Notes: generated by a model not told the origin, from the sequence alone. 59,958 nucleotides of DNA, filler included, from Sluysia triapertura (GCA_046118255.1; 5 parts of 5 records of this genome joined end to end with filler, not necessarily neighbours in it); one strand, 5' to 3'. Positions 1 through 12,719 are shown, counted from the whole stretch's first letter. Translations and numbers: made by a program.

Positions 1-1689
1 CTTAATTATTTACATTGCACTATCATTAGTGATTGATTTTTAATATTTACTTTTAAAGAATAATATCCTAAATATTTTTATATAACGATAATAGTAGTAA
101 TCATTACTATTTGTATCATTATCTAATAAATCTGTAATTATTCATCTATTTGTAATTAAGTTTTTCATTTAATTATTGATATTTGAGACTTTAAAGTTTA
201 AATAACATTAAATTTAATAATAAATGAATTTCCATTTGAAAATTTGTAACTTTAACTTTAACTTGAATTATGTGAAAGTAAATTTAATTTTTATTTAATG
301 TGGAAGTATTAAATTAAATTTATTTACTTGAAAATTAATTAATAAAGTTTATTTATAAAAATAAACCCAAATTAAAGTTTGGTTATAATAATTGGTCAAT
401 TGAGAATATTTAAATAATTAATAATTTTAAATTATAATTTGTTGCAGTATTTGAATATATACAAACCTCGATTAACGAAGATTTTGTTGTAGTTTTTGAT
501 ATAGTTAGTGAATATGGATTAAGTTTTTTAAAAAGTATTGATATATTTTGAAAATTTGCTTTTATCAAGTACGTTTCTTATATAATGAATATATCATATT
601 TTACATATTTTTGGGAAAATCTTCAAATGGATAAGTAAGCAATAAAATCAGTGGAAACAGAAGAATTGAATAATAAATACCACAGATGCAAAAATTATTC
701 TAGACTCCAAAACTTTTTAAGGAAATTAAAATGCTAATATTATTTAAAACATCGCTTCACAATGTAGAATTCTTGGAAGACTTCGTTATATTGGAAGTAG
801 ATAGTAATGTCCTCACCAAGTTGGTCTGGTGCGCTTAATTTGAATTAGTAATGATTGTTCTGATTGGGGAATGTTTTATTGGTTAGAGTGAATATTATAA
901 CAAATTCGGATTTGGTGATAATTAATTGGAAAAAGATTTTTTTCACTTTTGGATTTACATGATGTTTATTATATTTGCACATGAATTGAAATTGGGGTAC
1001 CTGTTCGAGGTTTTATTTTAAGTTGTCAAAGTCGATTGTAATAATGAAAATGAGTCGCGTGTTATTACAGCATCTCTTATGATCTGCTAACAATTAATCT
1101 GACAACCAACCGTACCTATTTAATATATACAAGAATGTGATCTTCAACGTTATGTATTACATATCCATGATGGTTCTATGATTGCAATGGCTATACTTGC
1201 CAAGTTCTAATGATTATCGTAATTTACATGTTCTAATCTATAACATTGATGATTACATTGTTTACGAAATGTATGACCGTTCGTAAGTAGCATTCATCGA
1301 GGTCACACAAACCTATTTATATCATTCGAATCTCCATTGCTGAATAATCTGATAAAGATATTGTTGCCAACCGTTAATAAATATTACTAAATAATAATAA
1401 TAGAAAAAAATCACTATCACAAAACCTATACATTTATGACTACGATTACATTTTAAGAATAATAGACAATTGTTTTCACATCTTTAATATACAAACACAA
1501 ATCTTAAAAGTCTGTAAAAGCTACTAATATTAAAAACTTAAACGGCAAAAGAGAAACAAATAAAATCGTTAATTAAAAGTCGTCATCGAAAACATAAAAA
1601 GATAAAATTCGTCATCAGAATCATCATCATTCTCATTATTCCACCCATCGTTGTTGGAAAGTGCAATTCTCCTTGATTTCAATGTATAT

Positions 1690-2065
1690 AAGTGATGGTT
1701 TTCGGAGCCAATTCTGATTTGATCTGCAAAACAAATGGTACAATTTTCAAAATATTCTTTATGTTATTGATGTTGCTTGAATTATAATCAATATATTTTT
1801 TAAAAATACAAGTATGATTAAATTTAACTACTCTACGAATTTTACAAACAGTTGGCCATATTTTTATATACATTCATAGGATATAATCAAATTTAGATTC
1901 ATAAGTTAATAATAATATTTTTAACTTTCAAATTTGGTGTACATTTATAGTCAAGAGCTAAAGATGCACGGTTTGGAGCAATTAAGTTAACTTCGAATGT
2001 ATAGCCTGTCTTAGGTAAATGTTTAAGTAATTTATTTACATCATAAATCCACTCGAATTAACTAA
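1690..2065 (-). pseudogene. Protein-primed DNA polymerase B fragment (Polinton)
   Basis: FEWIYD...KTGYTFEVNLIAP and VCKIRRVVKFNHTCIFKKYIDYN resemble the pPolB motifs 'FxW...GYILEVDLEYP' and 'VTKIHRVLKFxQSxWLKxYIDFN'. Confidence 0.75.
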
Positions 2066-2069
2066 TGAA

Positions 2070-2290
2070 TTTGGATAATAAAAGCCAAATGGATCAATAC
2101 ATCAACATATTCTGGATTCAGATAAATTGCAAGTCAGTGTTCATCATCTAAATTACTTGTATATATATTTACAATATAACCAATTTCATTCACATATGAT
2201 GAAATTTTGTCCAGTGAGTATAAACCTTTAAACTCATTTTCAAGTAGAGCAGTACTAATTTGATTAATTTTTAAAGAACTAATTAAATTA
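2070..2290 (-). pseudogene. Adenain-like cysteine protease, N-terminal half (Polinton PRO)
   Basis: EFKGLYSLDKI...YIVNIYTSNLDDEH*LAIYLNPEYVDV/DPFG matches 'FxGVYxxD...IVNTDxSxxxGxHWVAIY...FDSFG'. The W is now a stop and there is one frameshift. Confidence 0.75.
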
Positions 2291-2299
2291 AAATAAATA

Positions 2300-2988
2300 T
2301 AAAAACATACTTCATTTACAATATCATTAAACGGTTATTATTTATTTGTATTTCTTTATATAATACATCATAAATTAAAACAATTTAAGGCTTATCTCTA
2401 ATTTCTTTGTGGTAATTATTTTTCATCTAAATCAAAATCAGGTGCAAGAACAAAAGTAATAATGGATATTCTAGTTTGAAATGAGCCTTTCGTATTCCAC
2501 TGTTTATATTTTTATTTAGATATCTTGATTTTTTAATAATTGATTGTACAAAAGATTTAACGAATGTTTATATATTATCAAAATTCACCATATACGTTTC
2601 TCGATAGTCTGTATTTCGACTTAGACTAATTGGCATTACTATGTGCAAAACTTACATCTTTTTTAATAGTTCTGTATCAGTAGTTTGAAATGTAGTTCGC
2701 TAATCATGAATCACCAAAAATTTGTTTTGGGTATACTATACATTACAAATTTTGTTTGACCTATTGGATAAATTGCATTTGATTTTTGTAGATCTAATTG
2801 ATGTTTATATTTTTTAATATAATTTTGCATAAATCAAAACAACTTTATAACTACCAGTACCTGCATCAGATACAAGGTAAAGCTTGATTTATTTGTTTGC
2901 AATATGAAGTAAGCTTTACACCGAGAATCAAATATTTAGTTTGAGTGAAAAAATCCAGTAACGAATCATACATTGCAAACTTTTGGCA
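2300..2988 (-). pseudogene. Polinton major capsid protein remnant (internally deleted)
   Basis: LYLVSDAGTGSYKVVLIYAKL, HQLDLQKSNAIYPIGQTKFVMYSIP and ITFVLAPDFDLDEK resemble the C-terminal half of Polinton MCP. Confidence 0.65.
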
Positions 2989-3165
2989 TCATTGTATTTT
3001 TCGTAAATGAATAGTTAAACTTGTTTTATTTTTGTACGAAAAATAAATTAGTTGTCCTGAATCATCACGAATATTAATTTCTACATTGCTTTGAGATGAT
3101 GATAATAAATCGGATTTTTTATAGTTACAGTAACTGTATTATTGTAGGAGATTAATGTTTTTTAT
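2989..3165 (-). pseudogene. Polinton minor capsid (penton), C-terminal part
   Basis: VTIKNPIYY/..SNVEINIRDDSGQLIYFSYKNKTSLTIHLRKIQ* matches the penton C-terminus 'PxYxP...IEIxIRDxxGxxIxF...VTLHFRK'. Confidence 0.75.
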
Positions 3166-3387
3166 GTTATGATTAAAATTGATATTTAATTTATATTTAT
3201 TTTTATGAATTATATGATTATGTTTTATTAAAATCTTTTGATTCGAAGTTTTTAATTTTAATTCTAAACTTATTGTCATATTTTCTCTAGACAAAGATTG
3301 AAAATAACAACAAAATTTTATTTAGGAAAAATTTTAATTTTGATACTTCACTCCCATGTACGATTCCTTTTCTTGTCGTTTCACTGT

Positions 3388-4970
3388 CTATAAAAAATGA
3401 TAGTAAAAATAATAGGTAACACTAAAGATATCAAAGTTAAAACAATTTACCTTGATATTGTAATCCATTAAAATATTGCGCGACGAAGTTATGGAGACAA
3501 CTGTAATACTCTTTAGTAATTCTGTTATTCTTTGTGAGTGTCTATTATAAGTTGCTTCATCTTCTTTGCTGGTCATCAATTCGTGAATAGAATGAGTGTA
3601 GCAACATAATATTCCATGCATTAAGCAAATCCTTTTGTTGTCAGAAGAAGCTGGACACAGAGCAGCTACATGAGCATTATAATTAAGTCTAGAGTCATCA
3701 CGCTTATAATGATTAAGTGAACAAAAATAATCATTACTATTGTTGTTCACTCCACAAACCTTAGACTTATCTTCATTACGTTTATAAATGTTATTATTAT
3801 CATTAAAAATTAATTTATACATTAATTTATCAATACAATTAATTTATAATCATAAAATTCGTAAAGACACATATTGTTTTTATAAAAATTAAAAATATCA
3901 ACTTTGTACTGTTTAAGTATATGGATATTATCTTCGTAACAGTAAAACGTATCATCATGTTCTTTATTGTTATTAACTTGATCATCAACATCTTTCCTCT
4001 TCTTCGTTTGCGTAACACCATCTCAAACACTGTTATCTTTGTTCTCATTAGGGTTATCATTGTTAGCTTTATAATATTCGACTTCGACATTATTGACTTC
4101 GCAACTGTCATCTTCGAGATTGTTATTTTGGAAATCGTCGTCTCTACTATTGTTAATGGCGTTATGCTGATCTTCAAAATTATATACTTGAAAGTTTTCG
4201 AAGTTATCATCATTAATTTTATTCTGATCATCTTTAACTTTAATAACTGGAACATTATCATCTTTACTGTGTCAATCAGGTTATACTTATCTTTATAATT
4301 GTATATTTGATAGCTTTCATCTTTAATGTTATCAGCATCTTCAGTACTGTTGGTTTGAACATCGTCGTCTTTATTATTGTTATTTTCGTTATCATTATCT
4401 TCATCATTATTAATTTTTACTGTTTATTTATCATACATTTCAGTTAAATCAGTTTTCATAGTTGCAGTGTAATCGCTGTGTTTTGCAAAACAAGGAATTA
4501 TTTCATGATTATGACTATCATGTAAGGTATACTCTTTAGTTTCTTATTCTTGAGGAGCTCTATTTATCACAGTAGTTTGTGAAATTGATTTAGTAATTTT
4601 CTCACGTTTTATTAATTGAATAGGAATATTTTCTTCTACTTCCTTTATGTCATCAACATCTAATTTTAATTGATTATTTTTATCATACGGAGAATTGATA
4701 TTTATATTCCTTATGGGTATATTGGCCTCATATTCATCCATACAATTAGTGGATTGATATTTTTCATAATTTAAAGAACTAATTTTCATCATAATAGATC
4801 AATTTCTAAGCAACTATTCAATTTTAATCACGACTGAATTATTCGTTTGTAAGATTTTTAAAAATTTTTATTGAACTGCACCATATAATTTTCACTGCCA
4901 AATTTTTGTTAGTAATCTATTTTTAAAATCATTTGTTTTGTACAATAAAAATAAAAATTTGTGAAATAGA
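3388..4970 (-). pseudogene. Unidentified disrupted host-like coding sequence (acidic D/E/N low-complexity region, then Cys-rich segment and hydrophobic tail)
   Basis: ORFs 4544-4792 and 3388-3822 flank a frameshifted acidic repeat. Family not recognised. Confidence 0.35.
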
Positions 4971-4980
4971 GTATTCCATG

Positions 4981-5150
4981 ATTGGCCATCCAACCAGAGG
5001 CGTTATAAATGAAACAATAGTGATACACATTGTGGTTGGATAGCCAATATAAATGCATAAAAGAGATGCAGAATGATTGATGTGTGAACCACTATCAGTG
5101 GTGACATTAACTGTAATTGTAAATCAATGTAGTCACCACTTGTAGTGGTA
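4981..5150. repeat. Two adjacent inverted-repeat hairpins
   Basis: ATTGGCCATCCAACCA (4981-4996) pairs with TGGTTGGATAGCCAAT (5033-5048). ACCACTATCAGTGGTGAC (~5088) pairs with GTCACCACTTGTAGTGGT (~5132-5149). Confidence 0.7.
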
Positions 5151-5289
5151 GCTACCGAAAATTTAACGATTATAATTAAAAATAATAATAATAATTAATA
5201 ATAGTGATAATAATAATAACAGCAAAATTGTTATTATTATTATTATTACCTCAAAAATGCATACTCTTTATTCTGTGACTTAAGCATGA

Positions 5290-6000
5290 TCTTTCTCGTA
5301 CTTATTTTATTTTTCTGAACATATTAAAGTTATAGAAGCAAGTGAATCTTACAGAATTATGAATTTGTGATGTTAAGGCTTAAAGATGTAAGATGATGCG
5401 TAAGGCTTTTTAATATACATCTTAAATGCTGTTTTCCAGTTTTACGTAGATTTTGAATAATTAAGCCTAATGTTCTAAATGAAATAATGTTTCTAGCTGA
5501 AAATGTTAATAGATCATGACTTATTAATATGTTAAAAAGGTGTAGTTTGGTAAATGTAAAGAAAATAACTTTTAGTATGTTCAAAAGGTGGTTGTATGAT
5601 GTTGAAATGTGATTTAAATTGAATTGTTTATGTAGCTATATCTTTATGTGTTGTTGGGAACCAAATGATGCAGATCATGAATTTAGAATGTTTTGATTGT
5701 TTTGAAGATGTTTGTTGGTTCATATCGAATGTGATTTTGATTGAATTGTTGAGAATTGGAGAATAAAATATTTTGAATGAATTTTTATTGTAATTTGATG
5801 GTATTGAATGTCACCGTAGTTTGTATGTTATAAGGTTGTAGATTATGGAAGTAAACGTTGCGTTGAGTAAAACTTATGCAAAAGGGATAACTATGAGAAT
5901 GCTAAAATGTTTAAAAGTATGGTTTTATGTAGAATGTGTTGATTTTGTTTATTATTGTTGTTTTATGTTGATTTGTAGATTTTGAGAATAAATATTAAGT
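5290..6000 (-). mobile_element. Highly decayed LINE reverse-transcriptase fragment (tentative)
   Basis: Strong G/T strand skew, with a weak echo of RT motifs (QFGF, LDxxKAFD, SHDLL, KQ) in the expected order. Confidence 0.3.
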
Positions 6001-6069
6001 TAGCAAAAGTTAATGTAATTTTTATAAACTCGTTAAGGAAATAGGTTGGCCACCACATGTATCATGATT

Positions 6070-6890
6070 TTCATGTTCTTTTGTACTGGCTAACCAAATT
6101 GATCTCAATAATGGTACGTTTTTGTTTCCAACATAAATCGGTTAAATTAAATTCAAGTAAATGTACATGTAATTTACAGTTTCATTCAGTAACGGAGAAT
6201 TATCAACGATTCCTTTATCAAATCTAATAAAACTAAATCTTAAACATGCTGATAACTTTTCACGTAAAATAACTGCATCACGATCATCTTTAGATACAAA
6301 ACCATTTTTTATTTTCTAACTCCACTTTTTGAATGATTATTTCATTGTATTGACAAAATCTGTAACTTTTTTACAAAAGCAGTATTTTTTCTAATGATAT
6401 TTATATTGACTAACATCTGATTCAATTTCAAATTCAGCTGAATATTAAGAATGTTTTATCGATTATAAAATAACCAGCAATTGATAGGTATTCTTGTTTT
6501 GAAAATCCAAAATCGATATTAAATTTCTAATGGACAATAATTTCATTTTTATTTTTATTTTGTTGTCAATCTAATGATGCTTAAGCAAATAATAATCCAT
6601 GACTTTTAGTATTATTTTATTATTTTCCATAAATGTATTAATCATAGATTCGTAGAAATATTGCATTTATCAATAAGTTTATTTTTCTCATAAAAAAACA
6701 AATTAATTTTTTCCACATTAATATGTTCCTTTCTAATTGAAAATTTCAGTAATTTCTACTACTGAAACTTACCAAGCAATTCCATTGGATTTTGATAATC
6801 CACAATGAACAAAGTAGCATTATTGTCGGGTTAAGTGAGTGGACAACTATTGATTAGTAATTTTAAATTAAAACTTTCAGTATTCGCTTA
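6070..6890 (-). pseudogene. Polinton minor capsid (penton), N-terminal/central part
   Basis: SFNLKLLINSCPLT*PDNNATLFIVDYQNPMELLGKFQ matches the 'FxLTLPSNS...PxN...F...' start. VNYMYIYLNLI*PIYVGNKNVPLLRSI matches 'YVYCDIIEPQxVGDxxxPLLR'. Confidence 0.75.
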
Positions 6891-6916
6891 TGATAATAAA
6901 TAAATTACGTTGACAT

Positions 6917-7790
6917 TTATGCCACTAATTGAGATTCAAGTATCCATTCGAATTTCTCATAAACCTTTTCTGGCTTTTCCTTTACCTTTATTTTCTAAAA
7001 TTGATTAGTTCAATAAATTATCAGTATTCCCGATAAAAGATGCAATTCTTCATAGTAAAATTTTCCTTGCACCATCATCATCTTTTATTACATACATTAC
7101 AGGATTTTATCTTTCATGAATTTGAAACAACTCTTCACTCAATTATTATTAAGGTTTTTATGAACGAATTGTTGAAGTTTTATATTCTTACATAATAACT
7201 AACATTATATTTGGGTGTATTTTTTGTTTGTTTCAAATTATGTTTTGCCAACATTTCCATAAAGTTAGTTGAATTAATATCGTCCATAAAGTCCTCGGTA
7301 TTTACTGCGATTATATGCATCAGTTATAGTAGGTAATACATTAATCTATTTTTATTACCTTGTTTTGTAAAATATTTTTCAATTTTTATCTTATAGTACA
7401 ATTAAATTATGCCTTGTACTGACTAAACATTGAATAATGATTAATTCTAGTACTTCTTCGATACCTAAATCAGTTTGAAAATTTATAGGTTTATCGTTTT
7501 TAATTAATGTCGATACTGCTTCACTCACACCTTTACTACTCTTTTATTTAACTAGTACTGCTACTGCAAATCCTGAAACACATCAACACTATTTAAAATA
7601 TATTGGTAACCATTATTAATTTTTGAATATGGAATCATTTCCAATAAATCATTTCCAATAAATAATTATTCATTTGGTCCTCCTGTTTTATGTTTAAGTG
7701 TTGGAAATTTTCGTCTCAGTGCTTTGCTAAATGAGTATACAAACTGATTTATCAACCATTTTCTTGTCTCCGTATTTGTCTTTGTCTTTG
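6917..7790 (-). pseudogene. Polinton retroviral-like (rve) integrase with C-terminal chromo-like end
   Basis: Motifs in order: RKWLINQFVYSFSKALRRKFP; SGFAVAVLVK*KSSKGVSEA..KPINFQTDLGIE; INHYSMFSQYKA; KYFTKQGNK..VLPTITDAYN; PKYNVSYYVRI; SEELFQI; PVMYVIKDDDG..GKFYYEEL. Confidence 0.85.
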
Positions 7791-8639
7791 TCTTTTTTCT
7801 AGTTTTTCTACTCTTGTGTAAGAAACTGGTTCTTTTGGATCGAACTATACATACATTGACTTTGTCCTCGTCGCTTCTTTTTGATTTTCCATTACAACAA
7901 TCTGATTTTATACTGAAATTTAGATAAGATAAATTAGATAAAACCACAATTATTAATATTTAAATATTTTGTTTATTCCAGTCCATGACTTATTAAGCCA
8001 TAGCAAAGTATGCTACAAGTATTGCACCAATAAAACCACTATGTTTTCGAATGATTATTAACTTTTAAACTTATTACTTTGTAGTAATTTTCATACAAAA
8101 TGATTTTTTCCACTACCGCTTGATACGTTACTTTAATATTTAAATTCATTTTTAAAATTAACTTACAATAACATGTTTGTAATAAGTCTAAGAAACGCAT
8201 ATATAAAATAAATTTATTAATTAATTATTTAATTGTCTAGTAATTCTTTGAGAAACTTCTCCATTTTTTTGTATACCAAATGTTCATACCAAAAAATTAA
8301 TTGAGGAGCATTGTATGTAGATATTCTATGTATGATTAAATAAAAATTAATACAATCTTTTAATACTAATTCGGCTTTCACTAATAGACAAGATATATGG
8401 TATGGTAATCAAGTTCCTATTAAAAATGTCTTTGAATATTACAAATATGTGATATATTTTCGAAATCTAATACATTCAAAAATACATTTCCGTCCGAAAC
8501 TTTTGAACATTACAGAATGTTGAAAACTCTAACAGTTCTCATTGTGATTATGGCCATTTTCCACAGTTTAGTGAGGAATCTAATAAATAATTAATTATTT
8601 ATTACTTATTTGAATTACTTATTTTATTTTACTTAAATT

Positions 8640-11200
8640 ATGCAAGTCTTTGTATTTCTCAAATAGAAGTCCTACCTTTTCAATCTATATTTTTTCGACT
8701 TATTGCATTTCGTTTATTTCCATGTTCTCATGACAATGTTTTTGTGGTTTTTGGTTTTTTAGGTAACGGCTTTCGTGATACTGGTATTGTCTTACATAGT
8801 GCAGGTTTAGTTATATGTGATGTAGTTTTTTTGTAACTAATGGTGTTGATAGATTTGAGCTTAATGAACCTAAGTTCGCTTCTACAATAATTACGTCATT
8901 TTCTGCTTTTCTTGGAGTATGAAAATTATCTCACTACTCTCAAGTATTATGTATGGGACTTACTTTTTAATTATGGTTTTATAAGAAAATGAATATTTTG
9001 AAGTTTATTTTACTAATGGAGTACGAGGAATTAAACTATTAGCATAAGTTTAATAATTGTGCCACTTCGTTGATTTATTTTTACAACTTTTGTGATTACC
9101 TATTTTTGTATTTTTAAAACTTTTATGATTATCTGCACTTAAAATTTTTGTACTGTCCTACATTTGCGTTATCCTAATATAGGTTTATATTGTTAGAGTT
9201 GACAATACAAAGATTTTTATTATACAGAATTTTGTCTTCTATGAAAATTATACTAATGTTTTTGTTTGATTTTAGTAATTCGAATCTTACATTATAAAAG
9301 AACTTCAATTTTAAAACTTTAATAAGAAATAATACAAACATAGAATTATATATATTTATGAAAAATCTAGAATTTATATAAATGCTATATTGATTGTAGG
9401 GCATACCTCATTTCGTATACACAATCATGTCTTCATCGGCTTGTGGGATCCTGAAATAAAAAATCTCAAGATTAGTCAAAATTTGAATATGGAAATTGTT
9501 AATTACATTAATGTTTTTGTCTTCGACTTCATCATGAAACTGTATTTCACCCTGAACATCATGATGCGTAGTAATGGATGTAGACATGTTGTTTGAATTG
9601 CCAAAACGTAGTGATTCAATTAGCTTCTGTATACGTTGATGATGATAATCATATAATGATGTATCAGCTTTGACACGACTTATTTGATAAACTTTGTGAT
9701 AATAATTGTATGTTGAACCTGATTTGAAGCATAATCCTGTATCACTTGATTGAAATTGGCATTGTAAAATTCTCTTGGGATAACTGATTACTTGCATTGG
9801 ATTGGAACTATTAATTGGCATGGTTTTTAATGAATCGCTTGCGATCATATTATCATATTGATTTGAAATAATTGGAACATTGGAATTTGATGCTGAGGAT
9901 TAGTTTCTGTATCAGTAAGCTCTACGTCTAAGACAGATTCTTCAATTGCTTAAACAGATCCTTCTTCATAAGCATCTTGCCAAATGTTATCTGCAATCTC
10001 AGTTACTTTTGATGTAGAATCAATATTTGAAATATCGCTTTGATTGTTAAATATCGAGTTTCTCGTTTCAGAATCAGCTACGAAATATTCAACTTCATTT
10101 GTTTTCTGTGAATTTGTGTTGTTTTCAATAAGTTGTGTTGTTTCTTTTGATTTAACATCTTTCGTTTGGTTATCAACTAAAGACTTTTATTTGATTTCTT
10201 AGAATCATAATATTCAGTATTATTTGCTGTTTTTGATATACTTTTAGTGGAGCTTCGGCCTTTTGTAATAGTATTACTGGATGTCGAAGTATTTGAAATT
10301 AATGCAGAATTTGAAGGATCTAATTTCCAGTGTTTGTACTGGCATATTGTTAAATCTCTTAAATGAGCCTGATAGATTCTCCAAATGCGCTTACCGAATG
10401 GTGTTTTACGACCACCAGGTTCTTTTAACCATTTTTTACAATAGTGCTATTCGTAACTTCAATTGAATTTGATTGTTGAGGATTAATATTTATGGCTCTT
10501 GTGATAAAATTGTTAAAAGGGATAACTAGATTATTCAATTCGACGACATTTGGTTTATTGATATTGACAATATTTACAAGTTCATCATCGACAATCCAAT
10601 TAAGAGGTTCTTGTTCAATTGATTCAAATAATTCTCGGGGATTCTCCGACTTAAAATTTTCACCATCATTTAATTCTTTCAGGTTGTTTATAAAATCACT
10701 GTATGACATCTTTGGATACATCTAGCTATGTATTTAATATGATCAGACCACAAACTAAAGTGTGACAAGTATCTTCATTATATACAAACGGATTGCAAAC
10801 CGCATACCGTTTTGAAAAGTAGTACATAATACGTTCTCGTTCTAGCGTTTGGCCAACAAGTGTGAATTTGCTCAGGAATTGCCGTAGTGCTTTATCAAGT
10901 CGAAAATTTGTAAAATTCTACTCCAACAATCTGACTAAAATCATTTCTTTTAGACAAATGCTTTGCAATGTCTGTTTTTCTGAATCCATTACAATCGTAT
11001 AAACGTTTTGCTAAACGCTTTGCTGCTTCGCGATCAACAGGTTTTTTAGTTTGATGATATATTTTAGTTACAGGAGTTTCGTCTTGCTTAATATCTAATC
11101 ATGAAGTCCTATTTGAGGTTTCATGATCATCTTCATAATCTTCTGAAAAGCTTCGTTCCATATCATTAATACGACATTTCGATTATGATTTTCTTCTTCA
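8640..11200 (-). pseudogene. EFA6/PSD-family Arf6 GEF pseudogene (Sec7 + PH)
   Basis: Sec7: REAAKRLAKRLYDCNGFRKTDIAKHLSKRNDFSQIVG; LDKALRQFLSKFTLVGQTLERERIMYYFSKRY; EDTCHTLVCGLIILNT; KMSYSDFINNLKELNDGENF..EQEPLNW. PH start: GGRKTPFGKRIWRIYQAHLRDL. Small deletions, frameshifts and stops; no introns seen in the Sec7-PH stretch. The 3' boundary is uncertain. Confidence 0.85.
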
Positions 11201-11299
11201 AGACAACATAATTTAAGATTTAACGAATTAATGTAACGATTCATTTAAAATTTGAACTTGATAAATTAAAGAATCCAAATATTTTTATTTTTTTGAAAC

Positions 11300-11479
11300 T
11301 TTAGACTTCATGTTTTCTAGACCTAGCCGAGATGGCTTTTCTAAGAAATTTTATATTAAAGTTGGATGCAAAATCAAGAACTATTTTGATTTGAATGGTA
11401 ATGTATATGTAGGTTTTCAAAGTTGTAAAGTTATGAGTCATCATCATATTATTCAATGTTATCACTGCCAAGCTTTTGG
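11300..11479 (+). mobile_element. Non-LTR retrotransposon ORF1 (gag-like) fragment with CCHC knuckle start
   Basis: LNGNVYVGFQSCKVMSHHHIIQCYHCQAFG, truncated by the gap. Confidence 0.7.
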
Positions 11480-11579
11480 NNNNNNNNNNNNNNNNNNNNN
11501 NNNNNNNNNNNNNNNNNNNNNNNTTAATTAATTAANNNNNNNNNNNNNNNNNNNNNNNNNNNNNNNNNNNNNNNNNNNN
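11480..11579. other. Artificial contig spacer
   Basis: N44-TTAATTAATTAA-N44 (six-frame stop linker). Confidence 0.97.

Positions 11580-11649
<70 letters not shown>
11580..11649. repeat. (AAT)n microsatellite
   Basis: Perfect trinucleotide run at the contig end. Confidence 0.95.
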
Positions 11650-11650
<1 letters not shown>

Positions 11651-12629
11651 GATTTATGCAGTGATTCATATCTGAACTCCGGAAGCTTTAATAATAAACT
11701 AATTATTCTGAAATTACAAGGCTTTCTCGAACCTACCTTCAAATCTAGATAATTCGGACCAAAACTACATTAAATAAATCAAAAAGAATAAATAAAATTA
11801 AAACAAGAACAGTGCAAGAAGTGAGTAAAAAAGTATTGTACAGGCTAATTCAACGTTGAAAAATAACATGAAGTTTATTATTATTATTAAATAAATTATT
11901 TAATATCTTAATAATTATAAATTAAAATTAGAAACTACAAATACCTTAATATTAAAATATTAAAATGTAAAAATATTCAACACAAATACAATGTATGAAT
12001 TTTCAAGACTTAATTAGATTACGAATCAAACGGTAATGTATGAAAAACGAAAAAACCTACAATTTCATTAAAATGGAAATGAATAGATACGCACAATACA
12101 AAATAAAAGAATTTGAATGTATATGTCAATTACATGGCCGAACAAATAATGTAACAGTATTTTTAATATACAAATGATAGTACATAGAATAAAATTTGTT
12201 AAGTAGAGAAAAAATTAGCCACAAATAATAAAGAATAGGGAAAATGATCCATGAAATAAATTTTATAGGATATAAATAAAAAAATTAATTGTCAAGACAA
12301 AACTTATATGAAAACAGTATATAAGATAAACCATAAAATAAATTCTAACACAATAATCAAAAAAAATTATAATCAAGAGTCAAATATTTCTTTTAATAAC
12401 TACATTAAATTATATATAGGAATTTTTTTACTACTGATTATTACTCGACTATCTCATTTAATTACACTTATCATCGGAACTTTTATAAAGTTAATAATTT
12501 TTTATAGTTGCTCTTTGGATTTTGCATAGTTATGATATTCTATTGGAGAATTTCTTGTTCCATTATTTAACATTATTAAATTTCAGGGTTTGGAGATTAC
12601 TATTGAACCGACTGGATTTTATTTTATCA

Positions 12630-12719
12630 TTTTTATTGAACATTACACCACTAAGAACTTCGCAATTTTCATTAGTTCCATCAAGAATCTTTTCAATTCG
12701 AGCAAATCGCTTAATATCT
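12630..12719 (-). pseudogene. Orphan CCT3 (TCP-1 gamma)-like exon fragment
   Basis: After a TTTTAAG acceptor: DIKRFARIEKILDGTNENCEVLSGVMFNKN, compared with CCT3 DIKRYAKVEKIPGGxxEDSxVLxGVMxNKD. Similarity stops abruptly. Confidence 0.7.

Larger units (their letters stand above)
1690..7790 (-). mobile_element. Degraded Polinton/Maverick (adintovirus-like) element; gene order INT-penton-MCP-PRO-pPolB
   Basis: Five hallmark Polinton gene remnants are co-oriented on the minus strand (see sub-features), with many stops and deletions. No TIR or packaging ATPase was recognised. Confidence 0.85.

Noticed and set aside
3839-4298. Overlapping Ile/Met/Lys-rich ORFs on both strands
   Set aside because: Off-frame readings of a low-complexity acidic repeat.
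9400-11200. Stops and frameshifts in EFA6 explained by tiny introns or an alternative genetic code
   Set aside because: The lesions remove conserved residues and lack GT-AG ends. The Fox gene reads normally in the standard code.
11524-11742. Poly-Leu or poly-Ile ORFs (also 30122-30379, 36112-36309, 50022-50243)
   Set aside because: Translations of (AAT)n microsatellites.
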